From assembly GCA_963817895.1 (NCBI GenBank), contig CAWFQB010000004.1:288001-352000 (forward strand): a DNA stretch of 64,000 nt. Reading direction: 5' to 3'. Of this stretch, positions 8,694 to 19,690 are shown piece by piece (position 1 is the stretch's first letter; each line of letters opens with the position of its first letter). The translations under genes and the position numbers were made by a program. The stretch is from an uncultured Chthonomonadaceae bacterium. Its GTDB lineage: Bacteria; Armatimonadota; Chthonomonadetes; Chthonomonadales; Chthonomonadaceae. Below the pieces are notes generated by a model. The model saw nothing but the letters and a program-made list of their open reading frames with translations. It made no database searches and had not been told where the DNA came from.

Positions 8694-11273
8694 ATGGACC
8701 CGATAAATTTAGCGAACATATTAGACGAAATAGACAACCAATCGGATGCGCCGGACGCGATAGAGATAAACGGCGACAGCGATTCGGAAATGAAACAGAA
8801 CATTCCCGACGAAATCAATCTGCTTCCCCTGCGAGAAGTGGTGATGTTCCCGGTCGTGGTCGCGCCGCTTGGCGTGGGGCGGGAAAACAGCATCAAGCTG
8901 GTCAATGAGAGCGTGGTGGGCGGCAACCGCCTGATCGCCGTCGCCTGCATGAAAGACCCGCAGATCGAAAACCCGACGCTGGACGACGTGTATAAAATCG
9001 GCAGCGTGGTGGCGATACGCATGATGGCGCAGGTTCCCGAAGGGATTCGCCTGATTGTGCAGGGCATACAGCGGTTTGAAATTTTGGAAGCCGTACAGAC
9101 GACGCCCTATTTGCGCGTGAAAATTCGACCGATTGAGGAGCCGGAGATTGCGGAAGAGGATCGGCTGGAAATCGAGGCGTTGCGCCGACAGATCAGCCAG
9201 ATGTTCACCCGTATCGTACAGTTGTCGCCCGACCTGCCGGACGAGATGCAGAACGTGTCCAGCAATGTGCAGGACGCGGGTACGCTGACGGACATCATCG
9301 CGCAGCAGATGCCCCGCCTGACGTTTGAGGAGCGGCAGGAGATACTGGAACTTGTAGAGATCAAGCCTCGCATGACCCGCCTGATGGAACTGCTGGGACG
9401 CGAAGTACAGGTGCTGGAATTGGGCAACCGCTTGCAGTCCGAAGTGGCGCAGGAGTTGGGCAAAACGCAGCGCGACTACTATCTGCGCGAACAGATTCGC
9501 CAGATTCAGAAGGAATTGGGTGAGGGCGACGACCGGACGCAGGAGATTGACGAACTGCGCGAAAAGATCGCCGCAGCGGGCATGACCGAAGAGGCGCGCA
9601 AGGAAGCTGACCGCGAACTCGACCGGTTGGGCCGCATGAATCCCGCCGCGCCCGAATACAACGTCACGCGCACCTATCTGGACTGGATGGTGCAGATGCC
9701 CTGGACGACGGCCAGTGAGGACAATCTGGACATTGCCGCCGTCAAGGAGATTCTGGACGCCGACCACTACGGCCTGGAAAAGATCAAAGACCGTATTCTG
9801 GAATACCTGTCGGTGCGCAAGTTCAAGGCGGACGGTACGGCGCGGCAGCCCATTCTGTGCTTCTCCGGCCCTCCCGGCGTGGGCAAAACCAGTCTGGGCA
9901 AATCCGTCGCCAAAGCGATGGGGCGCAAGTTCGTGCGTATGTCGCTGGGCGGCGTTCGGGACGAGGCCGAAATTCGGGGACACCGGCGTACGTACATCGG
10001 CGCACTCCCCGGCCAGTTCATACAGGGAATCAAGCGGGCGGAAACCAATAACCCGGTCTTTCTGCTGGACGAGATTGACAAGGTGCAGGCCGATTTCCGG
10101 GGCGACCCATCGGGAGCCTTGCTGGAAGCCCTCGACCCGGAGCAGAACAACTCGTTCCGCGACCACTATCTGGACGTGCCGTTCGACCTGAGCAAAGTGC
10201 TGTTTATCACGACGGCGAACGTGCTGGATACCATTCTGCCGCCCCTGCGCGACCGCATGGAGATCATCGAACTGGCGGGCTATACGGAAGAGGAAAAAAT
10301 CGCCATTGCCGAAAAGCACCTGATACCCAAACAGGCGGCGGAACACGGCATTGAAGAGAGAATCACGTTCACGCCGCAGGCCGTGCAGTTGATAGTGCGC
10401 GGGTATACGAAAGAGGCGGGCGTTCGCAGTCTGGAACGGGAAATCGCGACCGTGTGCCGCAAAGCCACGCGAGCGTTCGCTGAAGGCAAGTTCGAGACGC
10501 TGGACGTGACGGATGCTGTTGTGCAGGAGTATCTGGGCGCGCCCCGCTTCGAGCAGGAGGAAGCCATTGAGCGCGTAGAGCATACGGGTGTGGCGACCGG
10601 ATTGGTGTGGACGCCGATGGGCGGCGACATCATCTTCATCGAAGCGACGGCTATGCCAAGCCCGTCCAATCGTCCGTCAAGCCTGACGATTACGGGGCAG
10701 TTGGGGGATGTGATGCGCGAGTCGGCGCAGGCCGCGCTCTCGTATGTCCGCGCCCACGCCGTGGAAATCGGCGCGCCCGCAGACTTCTACGAGAAGCACG
10801 ACATACACATCCATGTTCCGGCAGGCGCGATCCCGAAAGACGGGCCGAGCGCGGGCGTGACGATGACAACCGCGCTGGCATCTCTGTTCAGCGGGCGACA
10901 CGCCAAACCGTTGTTAGCCATGACGGGCGAAGTCACGCTATCGGGCAAAGTGCTGCCGATTGGCGGTGTGAAGGAGAAAGCATTGGGGGCGCGTCGGGCG
11001 GGCATCAAGACTATTCTTGTGCCGGAACGCAACCGCAAGGACGTGATGGAAGACCTGCCCGAAGAGGTGCGCAAGGATCTCGACATCCACTTCATGTCCG
11101 AAGTAAAAGACGTGCTGGCACTCGCGCTGGAGCCAAAAGCGGGCGCGGCAGTGGGCGAAAACCCGGAGGGCAGCAAGCCGCCCACTCCGCCGAAAAAAGG
11201 CAACACGCGCCGCGCCCCTGCCGTGCCAAAGGTAGTTCCCGAAATGCCCGGCGCAGGTTCGCCACTGCATTAG
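8694..11273 (+). CDS. lon: ATP-dependent Lon protease
   Basis: LON N-domain, Walker A GPPGVGKT, RGHRRTYIGALPG, catalytic PKDGPSAG. Confidence 0.98.
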   Translation: MDPINLANILDEIDNQSDAPDAIEINGDSDSEMKQNIPDEINLLPLREVVMFPVVVAPLGVGRENSIKLVNESVVGGNRLIAVACMKDPQIENPTLDDVYKIGSVVAIRMMAQVPEGIRLIVQGIQRFEILEAVQTTPYLRVKIRPIEEPEIAEEDRLEIEALRRQISQMFTRIVQLSPDLPDEMQNVSSNVQDAGTLTDIIAQQMPRLTFEERQEILELVEIKPRMTRLMELLGREVQVLELGNRLQSEVAQELGKTQRDYYLREQIRQIQKELGEGDDRTQEIDELREKIAAAGMTEEARKEADRELDRLGRMNPAAPEYNVTRTYLDWMVQMPWTTASEDNLDIAAVKEILDADHYGLEKIKDRILEYLSVRKFKADGTARQPILCFSGPPGVGKTSLGKSVAKAMGRKFVRMSLGGVRDEAEIRGHRRTYIGALPGQFIQGIKRAETNNPVFLLDEIDKVQADFRGDPSGALLEALDPEQNNSFRDHYLDVPFDLSKVLFITTANVLDTILPPLRDRMEIIELAGYTEEEKIAIAEKHLIPKQAAEHGIEERITFTPQAVQLIVRGYTKEAGVRSLEREIATVCRKATRAFAEGKFETLDVTDAVVQEYLGAPRFEQEEAIERVEHTGVATGLVWTPMGGDIIFIEATAMPSPSNRPSSLTITGQLGDVMRESAQAALSYVRAHAVEIGAPADFYEKHDIHIHVPAGAIPKDGPSAGVTMTTALASLFSGRHAKPLLAMTGEVTLSGKVLPIGGVKEKALGARRAGIKTILVPERNRKDVMEDLPEEVRKDLDIHFMSEVKDVLALALEPKAGAAVGENPEGSKPPTPPKKGNTRRAPAVPKVVPEMPGAGSPLH

Positions 11274-11326
11274 GAGAGACGTTAGCCGCGAATACACGCG
11301 AATGAACGCGAATAGGCTGTCCGTTT

Positions 11327-11364
11327 TGCCCCTCTTTTCAACTTGGAAAAGAGGGGTTTTTCTC
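11327..11364 (+). terminator. Hairpin with T-tract downstream of lon
   Basis: CCCCTCTTTTCAAC-TTGGAAAAGAGGGG followed by TTTTT. Confidence 0.6.
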
Positions 11365-11423
11365 TTTGTGCGCTACGTTCCTGCATGAACGAGAAAAAGC
11401 ATCATTGTACGTGGGAAAGTGTA

Positions 11424-11453
11424 TTGACGGGCTGCAACGTGTCGTGTTATACT
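11424..11453 (+). promoter_or_regulatory. Sigma70-type promoter with extended -10
   Basis: TTGACG, 18 nt, TATACT preceded by TGn. Confidence 0.6.
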
Positions 11454-11581
11454 AACTTCACCACCAACCGCTACACTCTGAAACTACAATATTCGCAGGC
11501 ATGTTGGTGTGTTCTATCGCATATTTACGACAGAATTCTACGTTGGGGTAGGTTCTAACGTGGTGGGTTTTGGAGGACACG

Positions 11582-11917
11582 ATGGATGAAGCTATAAGAA
11601 AATTAGCCGCTATAGGTTTGCCCGCAGTTATATTGTTGATTGCTATGGCGACGACAGGGCTTGCTGGAGCGGCTGCGATAACAGCCGCACTAGCCATGCT
11701 CGGGCCTGGCGGAATGCTTGGGGGCATTCTCCTTCTCGGTATCATCGGTATAGCGGCTGATGTACTAGCAAAGTACGGAATTGACAAGGCTCTAACAATG
11801 ATTTACGAGACGCGCAAAGAAAAAGGAGAAGCAGTAGAAGCACTGTGCAAAGAGGTTAAAAAACTGCCTATTTCCACAGACCTCAAACGCAAACTTACGG
11901 ATGTGATTAAAGGTTAA
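11582..11917 (+). CDS. Small Gly/Ala-rich membrane protein, function unknown
   Basis: GGAGG RBS; long hydrophobic GLAGAAAITAALAMLGPGGMLGGILLLGIIG segment with a charged C-terminus. Confidence 0.8.
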   Translation: MDEAIRKLAAIGLPAVILLIAMATTGLAGAAAITAALAMLGPGGMLGGILLLGIIGIAADVLAKYGIDKALTMIYETRKEKGEAVEALCKEVKKLPISTDLKRKLTDVIKG

Positions 11918-12115
11918 TCCTCCTTTTATCGATCTGACTGAATCGAAATTATGCTAAAATATATCAAATGTAAATTTATATAATAATATTAAATTATATA
12001 AATAATTTTTTAAATAAATAGAACAACTGAATCCTAGTTCAACTAAGTACACTGGAGTTGTTGATGAATTCGAAGTCAAGTTACATTTTTACGAAACGTT
12101 GAGCGGTTAGACAAA

Positions 12116-12730
12116 ATGAATTTACTGAACAACCTAAGTACGGCTCAATGGTTGGTTGCGGCAAAAACTTTCGGCAACAACCATGCTACTCTCATTGGTC
12201 TTATGGTCAATTGGTGGATTACTGCCGCCTCTGAAACGCATTGGGTTTTAGAGAGTGGCCCCTCGTTTGGTTATCGGCCAAATGGTGAAGGCGGTGGACT
12301 TTGTGACGCTTTATTGTGTGAAGGCAACAGCGTACTTGGAGTGCTTGAGGTGGAAGGTACACGCGGCAAGTATACTGCTGAGAAGATTGGCTATTTTTTC
12401 GCGGCTGAACTAGAACACTATACAACACTAAAATTTGCTATACTTTTGTTATACTCCTACAGCCCGACAGGAAAAGGAGTAAGCAGAACTATGCAGCCTG
12501 CGCGTAACCCCGAAACATTCGATGAAGTATGTCGTGTGTCTGCGTTGTATCCAGAAAAGTCAATAGTCGTCATTACAATTGACAAAATTTATGAACGTCC
12601 TACCGAAGGCATCCGCAAGCGTAGTGAATACTATTTCAGTAAACCTAGTGTAATAACTGGTTACCTCTTCCAGCAAGGTCAAGAAGTGGACTCCCGTGTG
12701 CTATACGACATGCAAAGTAGAGCAGCCTAA
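12116..12730 (+). CDS. Hypothetical protein, possible PD-(D/E)xK nuclease fold
   Basis: 204-aa low-GC ORF with E...CDALL...VLEVE pattern. Confidence 0.6.
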   Translation: MNLLNNLSTAQWLVAAKTFGNNHATLIGLMVNWWITAASETHWVLESGPSFGYRPNGEGGGLCDALLCEGNSVLGVLEVEGTRGKYTAEKIGYFFAAELEHYTTLKFAILLLYSYSPTGKGVSRTMQPARNPETFDEVCRVSALYPEKSIVVITIDKIYERPTEGIRKRSEYYFSKPSVITGYLFQQGQEVDSRVLYDMQSRAA

Positions 12731-12817
12731 CCCTCATCTAGCACTTGGTATTCCATCAAGGTAGAATGGCAGGTACATAGTAAGGGTTCTGCTTACTGAA
12801 CGCTGCAAAGGAACGGT

Positions 12818-13219
12818 ATGACGACGCTTTCGATAAAGACAAAAGTGACGGTAGACGACTTTGTTGAGGCGGCGGAGCAACTCCCAAACGCCGAATTGGA
12901 ACAACTGGCCCACCGCCTGCTGCACATTCAGGCGCGTCGGAAAGCCCCGCATCTGTCTCAGCGAGAAGCGGAACTTCTTGAAGGGATTGCGCAATCCGGC
13001 ACATTTCCTAAACAGGCCAGATACCACTACCTGAACAAAGAGTTAGAACACCGTCTCCTGACATACGACGAGCAAAACGAATTGCGTGAACTTATCGTGC
13101 TGTCCGAATCCCATACTGCTCAACGTCTTGCCCTGCTTGTCGAACTCTCGCAACTACGCTAAGTTCCCCTTCCTTCCCTGATGAAACAACTCCAAATCAA
13201 GGCTCCCGGCGTTATATAA
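12818..13219 (+). pseudogene. Antitoxin-like helical protein (family I recall upstream of HNH nucleases) with a premature TAA
   Basis: ORF stops at 13160-13162 but the frame continues VPLPSLMKQLQIKAPGVI*, matching the family's typical LAxLRxxxLxxLMxxLGI ending. Confidence 0.55.
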
Positions 13220-13882
13220 ATATGTGTCGAAGGACTCCGCTCTGGCTGGTATCTATTCTCTATGCTGTTAATGCTGTTCCGCTTTACAGTTGCTTCTCCC
13301 CGCAAGGGAGAAGGCTGATTTGCGCATCCGAACGCGTTGGTTATAGGTTCGCTTCAGGCGTAGGACTTGCTTGTTGATTCCTCCATTCCCTGTTCAATGG
13401 GCGGCTAAACAGGAAACAGAGGCAACCAATGGAAAATCTACACGCCTGAACAAACCCCATCATCAGCGCACTCAACTCCCAATTAAGCCTTCTCCCTAGC
13501 AGGGAGAAGGTGGGCGAAGCCCGGATGAGGGTAGAAACCCCCAATTATTTTCAAAAAACTTCTTGGAGATACTTCTAAAACAGTGGACCAATGTTAATAT
13601 ACAGGGTGCGTAAAAACTGAATACCGCCCCCAGTAACAAGGAAGGGAGGTGCAAAAAGATGCCGGTTCACATCCGAGCGCCTTAACCATTACAGAGGCCA
13701 TGAACGTCTCTTCTTAAAAATTTGACACAACGAGACAGAGTGCTGAAAGCGCTGCATTGCCACTATTTCGACGCTGTCTCTACATATTGCCCTCTTTTTC
13801 CATTTAGAGGCGCTGGCCCTGTTGCAGGGTACACTAAAACATTGTGGTTGGGCACTGCTATGAAATCACGAAATGAGACGAT

Positions 13883-14379
13883 ATGAAAGCGTTATTGCGA
13901 GACGGAGAAGAGATTGAGATATGCAGTCGTGGGCATCATTGGCTCGTGTCATGGCATCCGCCCGACGTTGCGCCTGTTGGCAGGCCGGATGGGGCTGCCG
14001 GGATTTGTGTGAACCGGGACGGCGAAGTGGTCATTATCTCTACGGATGAAATCTTATGGGACTTTCCTGCCGGGCAGGCCCGAAGGCGACGAAGATTGGG
14101 AACAGACGTTGTGCCGGGAGATGCTTGAGGAGGCTTGCGCCATCGTTACTGAGGCGCGGCTGCTTGGCTATTGCGCGGGGACGCCGGGTGGAGGGCGCGG
14201 AAATCGGTGAACCTACTGTCCGCTCTATCTGGCTCGCGCAGGTCGAGGTACTGGAGTGGAACCCGCAGTTTGAGATACGCTTTCGCAGGGTAGTTCCCGC
14301 TTTGGAAGCGATCAAACTTGTGCTGCCGGAATATGAGTTGTTTTGGAAGCGGGCTTTTCACGAGGCAGGCATCGGCTAA
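13883..14379 (+). CDS. NUDIX hydrolase (frameshifted)
   Basis: Joining frames gives a Nudix box G-RPEGD-E-DWEQTLC-REMLEE; shifts near 14075 and 14180. Confidence 0.75.
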
Positions 14380-14407
14380 CAACATCTCGCCCACGCGGGC
14401 GCAAGGA

Positions 14408-15560
14408 TTATACGGAGGGGCGGGGCAACAGGCGGTCGTGGTGGACAAGGGCGGCTTCGCGCTTGCGTCCGCTGCGCTCATACAGGCCGAGCAGGGCGCT
14501 ATACAGGCGGTCAGGCTGACGTCCGCGTTCGCCACAACACAGCGACAGCGCGTTCAGGTACTCGCGTTCGGCTCCCGGCCAGATCGCTTTGGGCCAGCAG
14601 CGCATCACCGAGGGCTTCGCGCACATCGGGGTCATACGGGTCGTCGTGGACAACCACGCGCCACAACGCCTGCGATTTCAAACTCGCGTCGGCGGCGTCG
14701 GCGAATTGCGCCAGCGCGTCTGCGGCAACCTCGTAAATGTCGGCTTCGGGATGGTCGGCTCCCAAATCCCACTCCCAGGTGCGCGTACACAGCGGCAATA
14801 GCGCCTGCGCCACCGTCCACCAGTTTTGGGTGGCCCGCGCGTAATTGCCCCGTTCCCGATGCACGTCCGCTATCAGGTAGGCGGGATCGCCGAACCAGGG
14901 CGCGGCCTCGCTTGCCCGGTAGAAAAAGTCCAGCGCGCGTTCCCCGTCCCCCCGCGCCCGCCGCGCGCAGCCCAGGTGACACAGGCTGGCGGCATCCTGC
15001 GGGTCCAGCAGCAGCAGGCGCTCATGCAGTTCCGTGTCGTTGCGGGGCGTGGTTCCGAACAGCAGTTCGGTGGGCAGATCGAAGGCGCGGGCGAATTCGC
15101 GCTGTTCATCCGTCTCCTGCCAATCCTCAGAAGAGACATCATTCGCGTCCGACTCGTCTTCGGTTTCGTATCGGCCCATCAGGACGCAATGGCGCAGAAA
15201 CGCGGGAAAGTCCGACGCAACGGGGCGAAGCGTCATTTCGTCCTCATCCCAGTACAAAACGGGCCATCTGCCGGACAGGGTTTCGGGCGTGACGTAAAAG
15301 CCATACGTGCCGCCATCCCCAACCCCGCGCCCGAACGGCAGGTATTGCGGCAGCAGCCCGAAATCACGCCCCGCGCCCTGCGCTATCGCATCCAGCGCGA
15401 AGAACTCGCACGGCGCGAGAAACGGGTGGGGCGCATGGGCGTACAGTTTGCGAAAGGCGGCGGGCGGACGCGCCTGCCAGAACCGCTCGACCGCGCGCAA
15501 GCCGTCCGCAACCTCTCCCTGCTGCTCATATTCGCTTTTTCCGTATTCACTCTGGCTCAT
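14408..15560 (-). CDS. SUKH/SMI1-KNR4-like domain plus TPR-like repeats (frameshift near 14575)
   Basis: LPFGRGVGDGGTYGFY...WPVLYWDED...VASDFPAFL, then helical repeats (DPQDAASLCHLG; APWFGDPAYLIA). Confidence 0.6.
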
Positions 15561-15773
15561 AAGGCTTCTACCCTGAAAATAGCCCTCAACCCCCTTACAC
15601 TCAACATTGTCTGGAGAAGGGGAGCCGCTTGCCAGGGGTTGAAAACCCCTGTCTTGATGGCCTGCGGCCAAGCGTCCTACGTACGCAAATGCTTATTTAA
15701 CAGATAGTGAAATCAAGGCTAATTTGTAATCCTGTTCATCCTGTTCATCCTGTCTAATTCCTCACGCTTCTTT

Positions 15774-16708
15774 TCAGGGAGCCGGGGCAGCCGGGGTTGG
15801 GCGGGGCGTTTTGTCAGGGTCATGCGTGGGCGCGTCCGGGGCTTCGCCCGCGTGAACATCGCATTGTCTGCGGCAGGTCGGGCTTGCCCGCTTCCAGCCA
15901 GGCCGAGTACCACAGCGACGCCAAATCCTGCCCGCTGGCTTCCAATCGCTGAACCGCAATGGAGCGCGTCTTGCTGCCGAACAGCGTGTAGTAGCTGTCG
16001 CCGTACGCGCTGTCCTGCGCCGCCGCCTCTTTGTCGGCGTCCAGAATGTTTTTCGTCACATGCAGGCTGTCATGCGCCCACTCGAAAGCCGCTTTGACGG
16101 GGCTGGCAATACGATGCGCCGTATGGGTTTTCAGGTCCTCGAACGTGATCTGCTTTTCCACCATCACGCTTTCAAACCGCGCATGAATGCCTTTCTGCCC
16201 GGTCAACTGCCCGTCGTAATTGGCGACCGCGTGGAACGGAACATGAACGTCGGCGGCGTAATGTCCCAGCCATGCGGACGGTTTCGATAATGGCGCGGGC
16301 GTCTTTGGCTTTGAAGGCCCGCACCAGTTTGCCGTAATACTGCTCGATGCGCCAGGGAACCAGCCCGTTTTTATCCACTTCGGCTTTGCCGTACAGGCCA
16401 CACGCCAGCCAGTAGTCCTGCGGATAGTGTTCGGCCACGTCCGCGCCCCACGTATCCATGTCAATGAAGTGGTTGGGGCCTTCCGCGCGATCCCCGTTGC
16501 GCCAGTTGTCAGGGTCAACGGAGTGCTGCACGATCCAGTCCCGATTGGCGGCGTACAGGGGCTGTAATTCGGCAGGCAGGTCAGCGACGGCAAGGCGATT
16601 GGCATAGCGGTGTCCGACAACGCCCCACGCAAGCGCGGCATGGGGCGCGGCCAAAGCCGCAAGCAGGGAAAGGCCAAGAGCAATACGGGTACGGTTAAAA
16701 CGCTTCAC
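15774..16708 (-). CDS. S1/P1 nuclease / Zn-dependent phospholipase C family, secreted (frameshifted)
   Basis: Signal peptide then WGVVGH, NHFIDMD, GHYAADVHVPFH, GIHARFE; shifts near 16280 and 15865. Confidence 0.85.
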
Positions 16709-17002
16709 GAGACAACTTCCTATTCTAAAACTCCGGCAGAACAAAACGCCGGGTGGAAAATGCGCTACAGATTTCAGTTCAGGTAAGTTCAGTATACCCA
16801 CACGGCAGAAAGCAATACAAGCCAGAAGAGGGGTTAAATTTCCCGACACCCGGCAGGGCGATTTATCCCCGCGTCTGTGATTTTGTGTCATAATGAGGGT
16901 GACTTGTTCCCCTTTCTATCGAAACACCCACTGTCGCGTGTCTCACCGATTTTCATGGCGGCTCTGTTCTTTCCGGCATTGTGTAAACAGGAGGTACTAT
17001 TC

Positions 17003-18993
17003 ATGTTTCGACTATCTCGTGGCGCGGGCCTGTGCCTGCTCCTGCCGCTCGCGCTATTGCCCAATCTGGCGCTCGCGCAGCAAACCCCGGACACATCGGG
17101 CGATGTGATCGCGCGCATCAAAGACGAGGGGCTGAACCACTCGCAGGTGATGCAGACGCTCAGTTACTTGATCGGATGTGATCGGGCCGCGCCTGACCGG
17201 TTCGCCGAGCATGAAGCGGGCCAATGAGTGGACGCGCGACACGCTGACCGAGTGGGGTCTGCAAAACGCGCATCTGGAAGCGTGGGGGCCGTTCGGCAAG
17301 GGCTGGGAACTGGAACGGTTTTCCGCGCAGGTCACCTCCCCGCAAACCATTCCGCTGATCGCGTTCCCCAAAGCCTGGTCGCCCGGTATCAAAGGGGCGC
17401 ATGTCGCCGATGTGGTGTATCTGGACGCCAAAACCCCGGAAGATTTGGACAAGTACAAAGGCAAACTGAAAGGCGCGATTGTGCTTGTCGCGCCAATCCG
17501 CGACCTTCCGGCGCATTTCACCTCGCCCGGTTCGCGCTACACGGACGAAGAGCTTGCAAACGATGGAAAACGCGACGGCTGCTGCCGGTGGCCGACGCGC
17601 CAATGGGGGTGGGGGCGGTGGACAGGGTAGGGCGGGCGGCGCGGGCGGTGGCGTGGCTGGTCAGCCGCCTGCCGGTGGTACTCCCGCAGGTGGGCCCGCC
17701 CAATGGCGCTCCGAACCCGAATGGCGGCAGACCGGGCGCAGGCGGTTTCCCCGGCGGCTTGCCCCCGGCGGCGCGGCAGCAGGCCGCGCTTGCGTCGCGC
17801 CGACTGCAATTCTGTCTGGATGAGGGCGCGATTCTGCTGGTAGACCCCGGCACGCGGGGCGATGGCGGCACGCTGTTTGTGCAGCAGGCGACGGTTCCGC
17901 AGCCCATTCCGCCCACTCCACCGGCAACGCCGACAACTCCGCCCGCGGACGGCGCCGGTTCGCCGGCTCAACCCGGCGCGACGGCACGGTACGCCCGGCA
18001 GGCACGCCCGGAGCCGCGCGGGGGACAGGCGCGCGGCGGCGAACGGCAGCCGTGACTCGCGTATCCCCGTGGGACAAAGACGCGCCCCGCACCGTGCCGC
18101 AAATCGTGGTTGCGGCAGAACAGTACAACCGCATGGTACGCATGATTCAGCAGGGCGAAAAGCTGAAAATGGCCGTTGATCTGGACGTGAAGTTCTACGA
18201 CAAAGACCTGATGGCCTACAACACGGTTGCCGAAATTCCCGGTTCCGACCTCAAAGACCAACTCGTCATGCTCGGCGGACACATGGACTCGTGGCATAGC
18301 GGCACGGGCGCGACGGACAACGGCGCGGGCGTAGCCGTGTGCATGGAGGCCGTTCGCATTTTGAAAGCGCTCAAATTGCAGCCCCGCCGCACGATTCGCG
18401 TCGCGCTGTGGAGCGGCGAGGAGGAGGGCCTGTACGGTTCCACTGCCTACGTCAAGGAGCATTTCGCGTCTCGCGCCCGTCCCGCGAATGGGGCCGCCGG
18501 AGCGCCCGGAGCGTTCGGCGGCCCGGGCGGAGCCAATCTCGGCCCGCTGGAAACCAAACCGGAATACGATAAACTGTCCGGGTACTTCAATCTGGACAAC
18601 GGCACGGGCAAAATACGCGGAATTTACGCGCAGGGAAACGAGGCCATTCGCCCCCTCTTCCACGAGTGGCTGACGCCGTTTAAGGATATGGGCGCGTCCA
18701 CTGTGACCATTCGCAACACGGGCAGCACGGATCACGCCTCTTTTGACGGCGTGGGATTGCCGGGTTTCCAGTTTATTCAGGACACGGTTGAGTACGACAC
18801 GCGCACCCACCATTCCAATCAGGACGTGTACGACCGTATCCAGGCGGATGATATGAAGCAGGCTGCTGTCATCATGGCCGCGTTCGTGTACAACACGGCC
18901 ATGCGCGACGAAAAACTGCCCCGCAAGCCGCAGCCCACGCCGACACCGGCGGCAGGCGCGACAACGGCAGCGGCCACTCCCGCCGCGCGCTGA
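17003..18993 (+). CDS. M28-family peptidase (carboxypeptidase Q-like), secreted, frameshifted
   Basis: [49 protein letters not shown]; Gly/Pro-rich insert; several frame changes. Confidence 0.9.
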
Positions 18994-19017
18994 TGTTCGC
19001 GCAGGCGCAAAAATCTG

Positions 19018-19089
19018 AAACACCCCTCAATTTTTCGCCCCTCTTTCACAGCCTGTTGGAAGAGGGGCGGAAGATTGAGGGGTGTTTTT
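19018..19089 (+). terminator. Long hairpin / terminator downstream of the M28 gene
   Basis: AAACACCCCTCAAT...ATTGAGGGGTGTTT with inner CGCCCCTCTT/AAGAGGGGCG stem. Confidence 0.7.
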
Positions 19090-19690
19090 ACACCTCCACA
19101 AGTCTCTTAATTCGTTGGCTCCGAAGAAAGAGATAGAAAAAGTTTCCTCTTTCAGCCATCCCCTTAGCGGCTCCCGCAAACGTCTATATAGAACGCGCAG
19201 AAGAGACAGCATGGCTAAACTGCCGGTTTTTGAACTGTACTCTATTGTTTGGCACAAAACTTGCATCATAGACATAGACATACATCATAAACTAAGAGAA
19301 GCGCGCGGACGCTTGCCGCGCGCCCAATGAAAACTCCACACGTCAGGAAACACCATTATGCGTTTTATTTCAGGCGGTCTCTCATTTCCGCGCTCACGCC
19401 ATTGTATCTGCTGTTCTACGGCGTTTATTGCTCGACAAACGCGCGATTTGCACTGTTCGCCGGAATGTTGGAACCGCTGGAACCAACGCCTGCAAACTAT
19501 GCTACAGTTGTCGCCGCAGCAAAGGGACATGCGCAAAAACGACTTGCCCGCGCTCAGGCGCTATTCGCCGTCATTAACGTCTCTTTGGACAATTAAAATG
19601 GGCGGTTATAGAGACGAAGATTCGCTTTCGCTTTAGACTATCAGCGGCAAACGGACGCGGCACGAAAACCTAAAGGAAAGGCAGAGAAAA

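Noticed and set aside
8721..10583. 620-aa antisense ORF over lon, and similar long antisense ORFs over GH116, DUF3857 and the 42.3-kb gene
   Set aside because: These are shadow ORFs expected from GC-rich codon bias and show no recognisable motifs.
13720..13746. Possible CIRCE (HrcA) operator
   Set aside because: Only the right half (GAGTGCTGA) resembles the consensus. The left half and spacing do not fit, and no chaperone gene follows.
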